From assembly GCA_018694835.1 (NCBI GenBank), contig JABHOG010000007.1, positions 5,525 through 69,524 of the forward strand: DNA of 64,000 bases, written 5' to 3'. Below the pieces are notes generated by a model that was not told where the DNA came from, did not search any database, and was given only the letters and a program-made list of their open reading frames with translations. Shown here piece after piece: positions 1-9,659 of the stretch (positions are counted from its first letter, which is position 1; every line of letters begins with the position of its first letter). Source of the DNA: Planctomycetota bacterium. Lineage in GTDB: Bacteria; Planctomycetota; UBA8108; UBA1146. Made by a program: the position numbers and the translations under genes.

Positions 1-226
1 TCGTCGCTTTGGAACTCTTCATGGATGGCCGTCCATTCTTCAATATGTGGTAGAGACACCGGCCGGCACCGTTATCGGACCAAGGAGCCCCAACCTCGTC
101 AATATCCGCCATTTCATCGGCAATTTCCACCAGTTCCATATCGAGGAGATGAGCAAATACGGTCATTCTGTACTTCTACTCTGGACGAATTAGGTCACTT
201 CTATATCATCTGACCTCCGGTGGTTC

Positions 227-1213
227 TTGTTGAGCAGAATTGCAAGAAGGGCAGATTTCCAGGTGTCGTCAGACCGTTTCTTCTCAGAATCGTCTCCTGT
301 CGGGGATCTGGGAGCTGAAGGTGCAAGCCTTGAGCGCCAGTCTCGCCTACGAAATTTGGCCCTCGTGATCGAGGGAAAGAACCCCGAACTCCAGTACGAT
401 CTGAAGCACCTCGAGTGGCTGGTCAGGCAGGGTGTCGGAACCCAAGGATCTCTGCTTTCCGCTGCTGAAATTTCATCTCTTTCTCTCGACCTCGATCGAA
501 TTCAGCAGCAACTGACGACCTATCTTGCCAGAGATCTGGATCGGAACAGTTTTCACAACTGGGTCTGCACCCTGATCAAGATCTCAGTCACGCTGGTACT
601 GGTGAAGGAACAGCCAGAGGGCCAGAAAATTGATTCAGCCCTGGGTTTGCTCGCCTTGCTCCTCGATGACGACTTTGCCTCTCCAGACAGTTCGAAGCGA
701 CTCTGTCGGCTACTGTTTGATCGGCTTCAATATCGACGCACGGTCCCCTGTCGTAGAGCGGTCTCCGAGATGCTGAGAGAACTGGGAGTGGCCCATCTGA
801 CCATGATGGCCAGAGAATCGGATGTTGTTCGCCCGCGCTGGGTCGATATCGCCCTGTTGCCCCGTCGGAAGAACTCCGGCGAAGCCCCTCAGCCGGGCAA
901 GTCTGGCTGGTTCCAACCACTTTCGATCAGTACCGCCAGGCTTTGGAGCCAGATCGCGCCTGACGATCGCTGGGCCAGTCCCGAAAATGATCGAATTCCG
1001 GCTCTGATTTGCCGTGAACCATGGCTGGAACCTGAGTTGGATGGCTTGCAAATTTTTCTCGATCCAGGAGGATTGACGGAGGCTGTGGTCGAAACTGAAG
1101 GTCTCCAGTCGCTAGATATGAGAAAAGCGGTGGCCGGATTCAGGGCATTGCATCAATTGAATCGGTGTTACCTCGATGGAATTCCCGTACACTCCCGCAA
1201 GGAGGACTTATGA
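227..1213 (+). CDS. hypothetical protein (328 aa, Leu-rich, likely helical)
   Basis: Long ORF. Its TGA stop overlaps the next ATG (ATGA at 1210-1213). No recognised motif; TTG start uncertain. Confidence 0.6.
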   Translation: MLSRIARRADFQVSSDRFFSESSPVGDLGAEGASLERQSRLRNLALVIEGKNPELQYDLKHLEWLVRQGVGTQGSLLSAAEISSLSLDLDRIQQQLTTYLARDLDRNSFHNWVCTLIKISVTLVLVKEQPEGQKIDSALGLLALLLDDDFASPDSSKRLCRLLFDRLQYRRTVPCRRAVSEMLRELGVAHLTMMARESDVVRPRWVDIALLPRRKNSGEAPQPGKSGWFQPLSISTARLWSQIAPDDRWASPENDRIPALICREPWLEPELDGLQIFLDPGGLTEAVVETEGLQSLDMRKAVAGFRALHQLNRCYLDGIPVHSRKEDL

Positions 1214-2049
1214 AGACCCAATCTCCAGACGAGCACGCCGGCAACGGCGATGATTTGTCAGACCTTCAGCAACAAATCGAACGCCTCGAATCGCAACTGA
1301 TCGATGAGCGTGAGAAGCACAACAGTGAGATGAAAAGAGGGCTAGATGCCTTCCAGAAGTTACAACAAGGAAGTGCTGGCGAGAAAAAAGATCGACACCT
1401 GATCTCAATCGATGGTCATGAGTTATCGCCCCATCAGCGCGTGGCTATCTTTGTCGATGTTCAAAACATGTACTATGCCGCAAGGAATATCTTCCAGTCC
1501 AAGCTTGAGTTCTCCAAGTTGCTGCGTCACCTGTTAAGAGGACGAGTACTGGGCAGGGCGATGGCATATATTGTTGAACGCCCGGGAATGAACCAGGACA
1601 AGTTCATCGAAGTCCTGCGCCGTAACGGATATGAAGTAAGAAAGCGAATCGTTGGTGAGCGAAATGACTCCACCAATCGAGGTGACTGGAACATCGGAAT
1701 CACACTCGATGTACTCTCTCTCTCCTCCAAGATTGACGTCGCGATTCTTGTCACTGGCGACGGGGATTTCGTACCCCTGGTCGACCGACTTGCAATGGAT
1801 GGCGTGAGAGTCGAGGTCGCATCTTTCCGTGAAACGACATCCTCGGAACTGTTCCATGCCGCAGATCAGATGCACTTCCTCGATGAACGAGTTCTTCTCC
1901 ACGGAACGCACTTCCAGCCTTCCGAAGAGGAGGAAGAGGAAGAAGAGGAACACGAGAAAGAGACGGTCCCTCCTCGGTCACGAAAGCCTCTACGTCGCGC
2001 TCGCGGCCCTGTGGAAGAGGACTTCGATGACGAGGACGACGAGGATTGA
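1210..2049 (+). CDS. NYN/LabA-DUF88 (PIN-fold) domain protein with N-terminal coiled coil and acidic tail
   Basis: Motifs IFVDVQNMY, GDWNIGITLD, VTGDGDF and GVRVEVASF. GGAGG RBS at 1201-1205 before ATG 1210. Confidence 0.85.
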   Translation: MKTQSPDEHAGNGDDLSDLQQQIERLESQLIDEREKHNSEMKRGLDAFQKLQQGSAGEKKDRHLISIDGHELSPHQRVAIFVDVQNMYYAARNIFQSKLEFSKLLRHLLRGRVLGRAMAYIVERPGMNQDKFIEVLRRNGYEVRKRIVGERNDSTNRGDWNIGITLDVLSLSSKIDVAILVTGDGDFVPLVDRLAMDGVRVEVASFRETTSSELFHAADQMHFLDERVLLHGTHFQPSEEEEEEEEEHEKETVPPRSRKPLRRARGPVEEDFDDEDDED

Positions 2050-3121
2050 CGGAGACGGCCTCCCCGATTCTCCCGGGGATGGCTCTCTGATCTCCAGTTA
2101 CCAGTTCGAGTTACCATCCCGGCTGATCGCTCAAGAACCGGCAATTGAACGATCCGCCTCTCGCTGCCTCTTCTGCTCGCAAAATTCAGACGATGTAATC
2201 GAAGCTCCTTTTCACACCCTCGTCGACCGCATGGTCGGAGATGAGATCCTGGTGGTCAATGACACCCGGGTTCTGCCCGCACGGATCCGTTGCCACCGAC
2301 AAAGTGGCGGAGCGATTGAAGCATTTCTGTTGAGACCTCTAGGGCAAGGCAGATGGCAATCATGGCTCTCCCCATCCCGGCGAATCCAAGCAGGCGAGAT
2401 TCTCGAGACGAGTGGTCCTCCGCTGAAGGTAATCGAGCGGCGAGGTTCGGGCTGGATCGTGGAACTCGGCTCCGAGCAAGTGCTCGAGCAAATTGGAGAA
2501 GTCCCTCTTCCACCCTACATCGAGAGAGACGAGCAGGATCAGCGCCTGCGAAATCTTGACCCACAACGCTATCAGACCATCTTCGCCCGCCAGGCGGGTG
2601 CCGTTGCGGCTCCCACTGCAGGTCTCCATTTCGATGATCTACTCAGATCGAGACTGGAGGAGAAGGGTGTTCAGATCGTTCCTATCACTCTTCATGTTGG
2701 GCCCGGTACCTTCAAGCCGATCGAGGTCGATCAGATCCACCAGCACAGGGTCGATCCCGAGTGGTACTTCGTCAGCGAGGAGAGCCGTAGCGCACTGGCG
2801 ATGGCAAGAGCTGATGGCCGCAAGATCATCGCAGTCGGTACCACCAGCCTCCGGGTTCTCGAGAGCATCGGTAAAATTGAAGAGGGCCCGGAACTTGAGG
2901 CAGAGACAACTCTGACCATCTTGCCAGGGCATCCGTTCGAACATGTCGACGGATTGATCACTAATTTCCATCTTCCTCGTTCATCATTGCTGGTACTGGT
3001 CTGCTCCTTCCTCGGGCACCGCCGCACCCTCTCCTACTACCAGCGAGCGATCGATCTCGGAATGCGTTTCTACTCCTATGGCGATTGCATGGCCATCTTG
3101 CCAGATGAGCACACTAGATGA
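2027..3121 (+). CDS. queA: S-adenosylmethionine:tRNA ribosyltransferase-isomerase
   Basis: Motifs YQFELP..LIAQEP, VVNDTRVLPAR, PLPPYI, YQTIFA, GAVAAPTAGLHF, LHVGPGTF, ITNFHLPRS and FYSYGD. Start moved to ATG 2027. Confidence 0.95.
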   Translation: MTRTTRIDGDGLPDSPGDGSLISSYQFELPSRLIAQEPAIERSASRCLFCSQNSDDVIEAPFHTLVDRMVGDEILVVNDTRVLPARIRCHRQSGGAIEAFLLRPLGQGRWQSWLSPSRRIQAGEILETSGPPLKVIERRGSGWIVELGSEQVLEQIGEVPLPPYIERDEQDQRLRNLDPQRYQTIFARQAGAVAAPTAGLHFDDLLRSRLEEKGVQIVPITLHVGPGTFKPIEVDQIHQHRVDPEWYFVSEESRSALAMARADGRKIIAVGTTSLRVLESIGKIEEGPELEAETTLTILPGHPFEHVDGLITNFHLPRSSLLVLVCSFLGHRRTLSYYQRAIDLGMRFYSYGDCMAILPDEHTR

Positions 3122-3792
3122 TCCAGTGCTGGGCATGCAGGGCTCCACTAGCAGCGGATCAAATCACCAGGGACGCAATCATACGAGGACGAACTCAGGA
3201 TTCAGGCGGCCCCTATCGGATCTACAACTGTCCCTCTTGCCGCAAGCAGAATCGCATCGAGAAGTTGACCAATGGTGCGACATACTGCTCTCCGGCCAAG
3301 GAGATCTCTCTGGTCGACTGGCTCTTTGGTTGGATAGAACCGCTCGCCCCCGAAGACTTCCTCGAGATCCAGAAATGGCACCACCAGCACGGGGATGAGC
3401 GGCGGGCTCTATTCGAAGGTGACGGAGACCAGAGATACTCTCATTCCCTGTGGAGTCGCATCGGTCAGTGGATGAAGCGGATCAGGCCTCTCGACTCCGC
3501 TGGTTCTGATTCGCAAGACAAGGAAGTCCCGGATGCCACCGAGCAAGACCCGACAATGGGCGCACGTCACCAAGACACCTCGAGAGAGGCTCTACCCCAT
3601 CCTTATCGTATCCTCGAACTTCCAGTGGACGCTACCGCAGAACAGATCCGCGTCCGATTCAAGCAACTGATACGAGCCAACCATCCCGACAAGTTACAGC
3701 ACGCCGATCCTGCCCAGGTAGATGAGGCTAGCCGGAAACTCCAGCACTTGATCGAGGCCTTCGAAGAACTCAAAAAAAAGGGCGAGGTGTGA
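3118..3792 (+). CDS. C-terminal J-domain (DnaJ-type co-chaperone) protein with N-terminal CxxC...CxxC putative Zn ribbon
   Basis: J-domain PYRILEL...FKQLIRANHPDK...IEAFEEL with the HPD motif. N-terminal CWAC and CPSC pairs. Confidence 0.8.
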   Translation: MIQCWACRAPLAADQITRDAIIRGRTQDSGGPYRIYNCPSCRKQNRIEKLTNGATYCSPAKEISLVDWLFGWIEPLAPEDFLEIQKWHHQHGDERRALFEGDGDQRYSHSLWSRIGQWMKRIRPLDSAGSDSQDKEVPDATEQDPTMGARHQDTSREALPHPYRILELPVDATAEQIRVRFKQLIRANHPDKLQHADPAQVDEASRKLQHLIEAFEELKKKGEV

Positions 3793-3806
3793 ATTGACAA
3801 AACTGC

Positions 3807-5321
3807 TCAGGTAGCACCGGGCATCCAATCCAAGGCCTGGGTGATCATGGTCACCAGCAGGACCACCAGGACCCCCACCAGATTCAACACCACACCACAG
3901 CGGATCATCGTTCGGATCTGCACCTTGCCGGTCGAAAACACGATGGCATTGGGTGCGGTAGCCACCGGTAGCATGAAGGCACAAGAGACAGAGAGTACTG
4001 CTGGCAGCATCATGTGAATCGGTGCGATTCCTCCCTCAAGTGCTGCTTCCTTCAGAATCGGCATCAAAACGTGCATCGATGCGGTGTTGGAGGTGACCTC
4101 AGTGAGAAATGTGGTCGCCATCGAGATCGTCACCACAATTCCTGCGAATGGGAGATCGACCCACTGGGCCATCCACTTGCCGAAGTGACTGGAGAGTTCA
4201 CTCTGTTGAAAAGCACCTCCGATGGCAAATCCTCCGCCGAACAGTAGCAGCATGCCCCACGGAACCTCCTTTGCCTGGTCCCAGTCCAGTAACGGTGCTC
4301 CCCCCCTCTTCCCGGGGATCAAGAACAGCGAAATGCCAGCCACCAGTGCCACGAAAGAATCGTTGAGATACTCGTGGGCAGATCCCTCAGCCATGCCCAT
4401 CCAACCTCCCACCACGCCGCTCCAACCCGAAAAACCCGCTCCGCCTCGGGTCATCCAGAGCAGTGCTGTGCAGATGAAGACCACCAGCACCCTGGCTTCC
4501 GCCGATGACATCTTGCCGAGAGATCTTCTCTCTTCTAGAAGTGATTCCCTGCCACTTGTGGAAGTCCCGGGGGCCAGAGGAAGCAAGAATCTCGTCATCA
4601 AGAACCCGATGATCGGTATGAAGATGATCACCATTGGAAGTCCGAACTGAAGCCAGTGAAGGAAGTCGATGTTCACTGGCGGAATCAACTCCTCCGCATT
4701 CTTGGTAAAGATCAGGTTAGGAGGAGTTCCGATGAGCGTGCCGATTCCTCCGACGTTTGCGCCATATGCAGTGCAAAGGAGCAAGCAAGTCGTGAATGCT
4801 GCTCCCCCACTTTTCATTTCTTTTGCTGTTCTCCTGGCCACGGAGATGGCGATCGGCATCAGCATCAGTGTCGTCGATGTGTTGGAGATCCACATCGACA
4901 GCATCGCCGACGTGATCAGAAACCCGAACGCCAGACGCCGAGGGGATGTGCCGACCGAGGTCAAGGTCGCCAGCGCAATTCGCCGATGGAGCCCGGAACA
5001 TTCGACCGCTTTCGCCAGAAAGAACCCTCCCAGCAACAACAAGATCAGATGATGTGAGTAAAACTTGGCCGCCACCGAAGCCTTACAAACTCCCATCAAC
5101 GGCAGCAGAACTGCAGGGAGTAACGAGGCGGCAGGGATAGGGATCGCTTCGGTAACCCACCAGGTAACGGTCCAGACCGTCACCAGAAGTGTTCCACGGG
5201 CCGCTTCGGAGAACTCCGCTGGAGCCGCCAGGTAGGCCGCAATGGCCAGGACCGGCCCCAGCAGGATAACCCCGATCCGAACCCTCCGGTTCTCCCCTTC
5301 TGCACTGCTCTGGTGGCTCAA
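3807..5321 (-). CDS. SLC13/DASS family sodium:dicarboxylate/sulfate symporter
   Basis: Motifs WVTEAIP, LSMWISNTST, GGIGTLIGTPPN, LTEVTSNTA and AFMLPVATAPNAIV; many TM segments. Confidence 0.92.
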   Translation of the reverse strand: MSHQSSAEGENRRVRIGVILLGPVLAIAAYLAAPAEFSEAARGTLLVTVWTVTWWVTEAIPIPAASLLPAVLLPLMGVCKASVAAKFYSHHLILLLLGGFFLAKAVECSGLHRRIALATLTSVGTSPRRLAFGFLITSAMLSMWISNTSTTLMLMPIAISVARRTAKEMKSGGAAFTTCLLLCTAYGANVGGIGTLIGTPPNLIFTKNAEELIPPVNIDFLHWLQFGLPMVIIFIPIIGFLMTRFLLPLAPGTSTSGRESLLEERRSLGKMSSAEARVLVVFICTALLWMTRGGAGFSGWSGVVGGWMGMAEGSAHEYLNDSFVALVAGISLFLIPGKRGGAPLLDWDQAKEVPWGMLLLFGGGFAIGGAFQQSELSSHFGKWMAQWVDLPFAGIVVTISMATTFLTEVTSNTASMHVLMPILKEAALEGGIAPIHMMLPAVLSVSCAFMLPVATAPNAIVFSTGKVQIRTMIRCGVVLNLVGVLVVLLVTMITQALDWMPGAT

Positions 5322-5479
5322 ACGTCCCCCCCCTCAAAATGATCCTGTCGAGAATCAGGATGGCCATTGGATTCGATCCGGCTGAAAACCCGTCCGTTCC
5401 TCGTCATGGTGTCGCCGTGGTAACATCGACGACACTAAACCCCAAGGAAACTCTTCGCGAACTTTTCTGGAGCCTGACC

Positions 5480-5983
5480 ATGAACTGGCCTGTGATCCCT
5501 TCTCGTCTCTTACAGAGATCGAATCTTCCGCGAAGTCATGGCGACTCTTCACGCGGACACTCAGGTCTCGTCGGGACTCGCAGTTTTCTCTCTCTCCCGT
5601 GGACAATTGTGGCGCTGCTGATTCTCACTGGCTGTTCAGCCACGTTGCTGCGGCCCCATGCGATCTCGGTCTCCGAGTTTTCTCGAGAAAAAGACGTGAT
5701 CCACTTCATGGTCTCCATCGAAGACTCTACTCAGGAGCAGGACTTTTATCGCTGGTCTCAGGATCACATCCTGGAGAATAACTTCCAGTACGAGAATCCC
5801 GATCATGAGGGGGTCCCCCTCTACGAACTTCACTACCACTTCAGAAAAAGAGGTGATCGGTTTCGTAGCCAAGGCATCGCCTATCTGATGTGGAGAAGAT
5901 CAGAGACATCCCCTCACCAGTTCGAACACAAGTTGACCTATATCGGTTCAGGAATGCCGTTGAGGAACAGGAGATCATGGTGA
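5480..5983 (+). CDS. hypothetical lipoprotein
   Basis: Hydrophobic stretch ending in the lipobox-like LILTGC. GGAG precedes ATG 5480; start uncertain. Confidence 0.6.
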   Translation: MNWPVIPSRLLQRSNLPRSHGDSSRGHSGLVGTRSFLSLPWTIVALLILTGCSATLLRPHAISVSEFSREKDVIHFMVSIEDSTQEQDFYRWSQDHILENNFQYENPDHEGVPLYELHYHFRKRGDRFRSQGIAYLMWRRSETSPHQFEHKLTYIGSGMPLRNRRSW

Positions 5984-7317
5984 GTTGGATCGCTGACACT
6001 CTTCGTGCCAGGACCGGAATCAGGACGCTCCTGACATTACTGATCGCGGTACTTCTTCTCGGTCAGTGCGGCTGTGGGCTCCTCTACAAGCATCGCGTGG
6101 AGACTGCGGTCGGCACCCTCTGGACCAATGCAAATCTTCAACTCGCTCACCAATATCAAGAGGATCTCAGCTGGATGAAGGAAGGACTACAACAGGTTCT
6201 CCCCAACAATTCGGAAGGAATAGGTTCCACATCGATTCTTCTGGTCCAGAACGATGACGATCGAATCATTCACGAAGACCAGATCAGAACCGCAGGCTGG
6301 TATAACCACACCTTATCGCTGATTCGATTCACTCCGACTCCTCCGGCAGAAAAATTGCTCCTGCAAAACCAACCCGATCCGGATGAACACCGCACACTTC
6401 TCCACGAACTCGCTCATCACTTTACAGCTGACGACCATCGGATTCGGTCGACCTGGTGGATGGCCGAGGCTATCGCCTGTTCTCTCGAAATTTCATACCT
6501 CGATCCGCAGGGCCAGTTCCAGGTCCCGCCCCTTCACCCGATGCAATATCAGATTGCGAGAAGTGCCCTTTCTGATCTGGGCAGGGCAAATTTCACCCAA
6601 CTGGCACGGCAGATCATCTCGGAGAACTGGCTTGGCTTTTACCGAGACGACGGCGACCTGGCCAAGCGGTACGCCATCTCCTGGGCCCTCTTCTGGACCC
6701 TCCAAGGTCAACAGCAAGGGACACTGGAACAACGCCTGGATGCTGTATTACAACTGGAAGACGGACAGATCATCGAGCAGATTCCGACGGTCATCCAAGC
6801 GATCACTCCTTCCCTTCAGAATCAACTGCAACAACACCTTGAACAGGACCATCACCGTCGCTGGGTCATCGATCAGGCGCTCAGCGGATACCGTATCCAA
6901 GGACGAAAATTGCTGGAAGCGATCGATCTGGAACTGGCGTCCGCCGATCCTGAATGCCAGGCATGGGCCTGGGCCCGTGCAACACGGATTCTCCTTCGCC
7001 CCCGATCCAGGCTAGACAGAGTCACTCGCAACGACTGGATCCAGCGAATCGAACAACAACTCATATCCGGCTCACTCGAAGTCAAGTTGGCGATCTGTAC
7101 CGATTTCCCTGAGTATCGCTGGGCTTCCACCCTGTTGCCTCGACTCATCGATTTGCTGGAGAGTTCCGACGGCAACCTCAGGAGTGCGGCGGCCGCAGCG
7201 CTATCCCGTGCCAGTCAGCATCCCACCATCATCAATCCCCACTTCTGGAAATTCGCTCCGGAGTCAAAGCGAGCAGTGGAAGTTTCCGACTGGCGAAGTT
7301 GGCAGAAAGATCAGTGA
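5977..7317 (+). CDS. putative exported Zn-metallopeptidase-like protein (HExxH) with C-terminal HEAT-like repeats
   Basis: Signal/lipobox-like LLGQCGC. LLHELAHHF followed by WWMAEAIA gives a gluzincin-like third ligand Glu. HEAT-like LIDLLESSDGNLRSAAAAAL. AGGAG RBS before ATG 5977. Confidence 0.65.
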   Translation: MVSWIADTLRARTGIRTLLTLLIAVLLLGQCGCGLLYKHRVETAVGTLWTNANLQLAHQYQEDLSWMKEGLQQVLPNNSEGIGSTSILLVQNDDDRIIHEDQIRTAGWYNHTLSLIRFTPTPPAEKLLLQNQPDPDEHRTLLHELAHHFTADDHRIRSTWWMAEAIACSLEISYLDPQGQFQVPPLHPMQYQIARSALSDLGRANFTQLARQIISENWLGFYRDDGDLAKRYAISWALFWTLQGQQQGTLEQRLDAVLQLEDGQIIEQIPTVIQAITPSLQNQLQQHLEQDHHRRWVIDQALSGYRIQGRKLLEAIDLELASADPECQAWAWARATRILLRPRSRLDRVTRNDWIQRIEQQLISGSLEVKLAICTDFPEYRWASTLLPRLIDLLESSDGNLRSAAAAALSRASQHPTIINPHFWKFAPESKRAVEVSDWRSWQKDQ

Positions 7318-7363
7318 CCTCGCCCACTTCGTCAAACGCCATCTTGTCCTCCGTGTGAGTCTC

Positions 7364-7392
7364 TTGACACCATCCCCACGACCGTCGATGCT
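7364..7392 (+). promoter_or_regulatory. putative sigma70-type promoter for moaDE
   Basis: TTGACA (7364-7369), 17-nt spacer, GATGCT (7387-7392), about 50 nt upstream of moaD. Confidence 0.5.
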
Positions 7393-7440
7393 GGTCATGA
7401 TGAGCAGAACTGGATGGTCGATAAACTTGCGGGGAGATGC

Positions 7441-7689
7441 ATGATGCAGATCGAAGTCCTTCTCTTTGCCTCACTGAGAGATCTCGCTCAGTCCGATAGC
7501 ATCGCTGTCGAATTGCCGGCAGATGCGTCGGTCAGTGACCTGGTCGAGGCGATCAGCGAGCAGTTCCCACCCCTTGCTGACCGTCTTCCGAACACTCGGG
7601 TAGCCGTCGATGATCGCTTCTGCTCCCCCGAAGATCGGATCTCCGCTGGCTCCGAGGTGGCCTTGATTCCTCCCGTCAGCGGCGGATAA
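7441..7689 (+). CDS. moaD: molybdopterin synthase sulfur carrier subunit
   Basis: IEVLLFASLRD and the C-terminal VALIPPVSGG di-glycine. Confidence 0.93.
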   Translation: MMQIEVLLFASLRDLAQSDSIAVELPADASVSDLVEAISEQFPPLADRLPNTRVAVDDRFCSPEDRISAGSEVALIPPVSGG

Positions 7690-7691
7690 AG

Positions 7692-8123
7692 ATGCCCGAT
7701 CCAGAGGATTGCCACCTGGCCCAACTGGTAAATGAGCCGATCCCGGTGGAGAAATACACCCGCTGGCTTGGCGAGCCCGGCTGTGGTGCGGTGCTACTCT
7801 TCTGCGGAAATGTCCGTGATACCAACCGAGGTCAGTCGGTGGTCCGCATCGATTACCACGCCCACGAATCGATGGCACGAAAACAACTCACTCGTATCAC
7901 CGCATCGTTGGTCGAAGCCGGAGCTCACCGCGCTTTGGCCATCCACCGGCTCGGCACTCTGGAAGTTGGCGAGACCAGTATCTTGCTAGGAGTTTCACTG
8001 GCCCATCGAAGGGACGGTTTTGGACTCCTCGAACAGGGCATGGAGCGGGTCAAAGCAGACGTCCCCATCTGGAAGCATGAACAGTATCAGGATGGAACCG
8101 TGGCCTGGATCGAAGGGTCTTGA
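7692..8123 (+). CDS. moaE: molybdopterin synthase catalytic subunit
   Basis: Motifs GAVLLFCGNVRD, HRLGTLEVGE, AHRR and VKADVPIWKHE; adjacent to moaD. Confidence 0.93.
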   Translation: MPDPEDCHLAQLVNEPIPVEKYTRWLGEPGCGAVLLFCGNVRDTNRGQSVVRIDYHAHESMARKQLTRITASLVEAGAHRALAIHRLGTLEVGETSILLGVSLAHRRDGFGLLEQGMERVKADVPIWKHEQYQDGTVAWIEGS

Positions 8124-8129
8124 CCTGTA

Positions 8130-9419
8130 CTAGACCGGATAATCTCGTAACTGGGCTCCGGTATAAATCTGTCTCGGACGGTGAATACGATCATCGGGAT
8201 CCTGTCGCATCTCGGTCCAGTGAGCGATCCAACCGGGCAACCTCCCCAGGGCAAACATCACGGTGAACATATCGTTCGGGATGCCGATGGCGCGGTACAT
8301 GATGCCCGAGTAGAAATCGACATTGGGATACAGGTTCCTGTCGATGAAGTACGAATCGTTGAGTGCCACTTCTTCCAGTTTCCTGGCGATCTCAAGCAGC
8401 GGATCCTGAACACCGAGATGGTCCAGCAGCCGATCACACGCTTCCTTGATGATCTTGGCTCTGGGATCGTAGTTCTTGTACACACGATGCCCGAAGCCCA
8501 TCAGTCGCACCGAAGAATTCTTGTCCTTGGCCAGTTTGACGAAGTGCGACACATCTCCACCATTCTCGTGAATGGTCGCCAGTTGCTCGAGAACCGCCTG
8601 ATTTGCGCCGCCATGTCGAGATCCCCAGAGTGCCGTGATCCCCGCAGCAATACACGCATAGAGATTTGTCATGGCGCTCCCGGCCATCCGAACCGTGGCA
8701 GTGGAACAGTTCTGCTCATGATCTGCATGAAGGATCAGCAACAAGTTGAGAGCACGTTCCACTTCTGGATCCACATGGTAGGGCTCTGCCGGTACCCGGA
8801 ACATCATGTGAAGAAAGTTACCGCAGTAGGAAAGCGAATTGTCCGGATAGACGAATGGCTGACCAATCGACTTCTTGAATGAGAAAGCAGCCAGCGTTCT
8901 GACCTTGGACAACAGCCGACAAACGGTCAGATCGATGTTGTCGTCTTGCTCGGGATCATCGTTTTCGGTGTAGAAGGTAGAAAGTCCCAGCACCATCGCA
9001 GAAAGGATCGCCATCGGATGCGCAGAGGATGGAAACCCCTCATAAAAGTGACGCATATCCTCATGGATCATCGAATGACGACGAAGGCTCTGGCGGAACC
9101 GCTCGTACTCCTCTGGATTGGGGAGTTCTCCGTGAATCAGCAGGTATGAAGTCTCGACAAAGTTCGAGTTCGCTGCCAGCTGTTCGATGGGGTATCCACG
9201 GTATCTGAGGATCCCCTCTTCTCCATCGATGAAGCAGATGGAACTTCGGGTCATCCCGGTATTCACGTAGCCGGGATCGAGAGTGATGTACCCACTCGTT
9301 TTCCGAAGGGCACTGATATCGATGCCTTTTTCTCCCTCGGACCCGGTGATCACCGGAAGTTCAATCTCTTGGCCATCGAGTTTGAGAATCGCTTTTTCGC
9401 TCGTCGTCTGCCCATCCAT
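8130..9419 (-). CDS. gltA: citrate synthase (type II)
   Basis: Motifs LDPGYVNT, GILRYRGYPIEQL, LHADHEQNCST, HGGAN, LMGFGHRVYKNYDPRA and YPNVDFYSG. Confidence 0.97.
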   Translation of the reverse strand: MDGQTTSEKAILKLDGQEIELPVITGSEGEKGIDISALRKTSGYITLDPGYVNTGMTRSSICFIDGEEGILRYRGYPIEQLAANSNFVETSYLLIHGELPNPEEYERFRQSLRRHSMIHEDMRHFYEGFPSSAHPMAILSAMVLGLSTFYTENDDPEQDDNIDLTVCRLLSKVRTLAAFSFKKSIGQPFVYPDNSLSYCGNFLHMMFRVPAEPYHVDPEVERALNLLLILHADHEQNCSTATVRMAGSAMTNLYACIAAGITALWGSRHGGANQAVLEQLATIHENGGDVSHFVKLAKDKNSSVRLMGFGHRVYKNYDPRAKIIKEACDRLLDHLGVQDPLLEIARKLEEVALNDSYFIDRNLYPNVDFYSGIMYRAIGIPNDMFTVMFALGRLPGWIAHWTEMRQDPDDRIHRPRQIYTGAQLRDYPV

Positions 9420-9465
9420 CGGGAGTTACATCCATCCATTCAACTGACCATCCATGCATCAGCTG

Positions 9466-9659
9466 AGACTTCATGAGTCTTCTGCCTCCGGGATCGAACC
9501 GATCCGGAGTTGCAACAGTCTGTCTATCCGAAGGACCCACGAGGCTTCGCGGTCCACACCTCAGGCGATACCTGAGGAGATCACACCGAGAGGCCCTGTG
9601 GGTCCGGAATGGATCATCGTTGTAAATTCAGCCCGGAGCAAGGGGTTCCAACCCGCTCC
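9466..9659. other. structured intergenic region with four inverted repeats between nadE and gltA
   Basis: Inverted repeats at 9466-9480, 9486-9509, 9533-9605 (GGACCCAC...CCTCAGG-cgata-CCTGAGG...GTGGGTCC) and 9635-9659. Confidence 0.55.

Noticed and set aside
25-213. 62-aa ORF at the window start
   Set aside because: No RBS or motif; probably intergenic or promoter DNA, or part of a gene extending beyond the window.
7393-7440. Moco riboswitch before moaD
   Set aside because: Only about 48 nt lie between the predicted -10 element and the start codon, too short for the aptamer.
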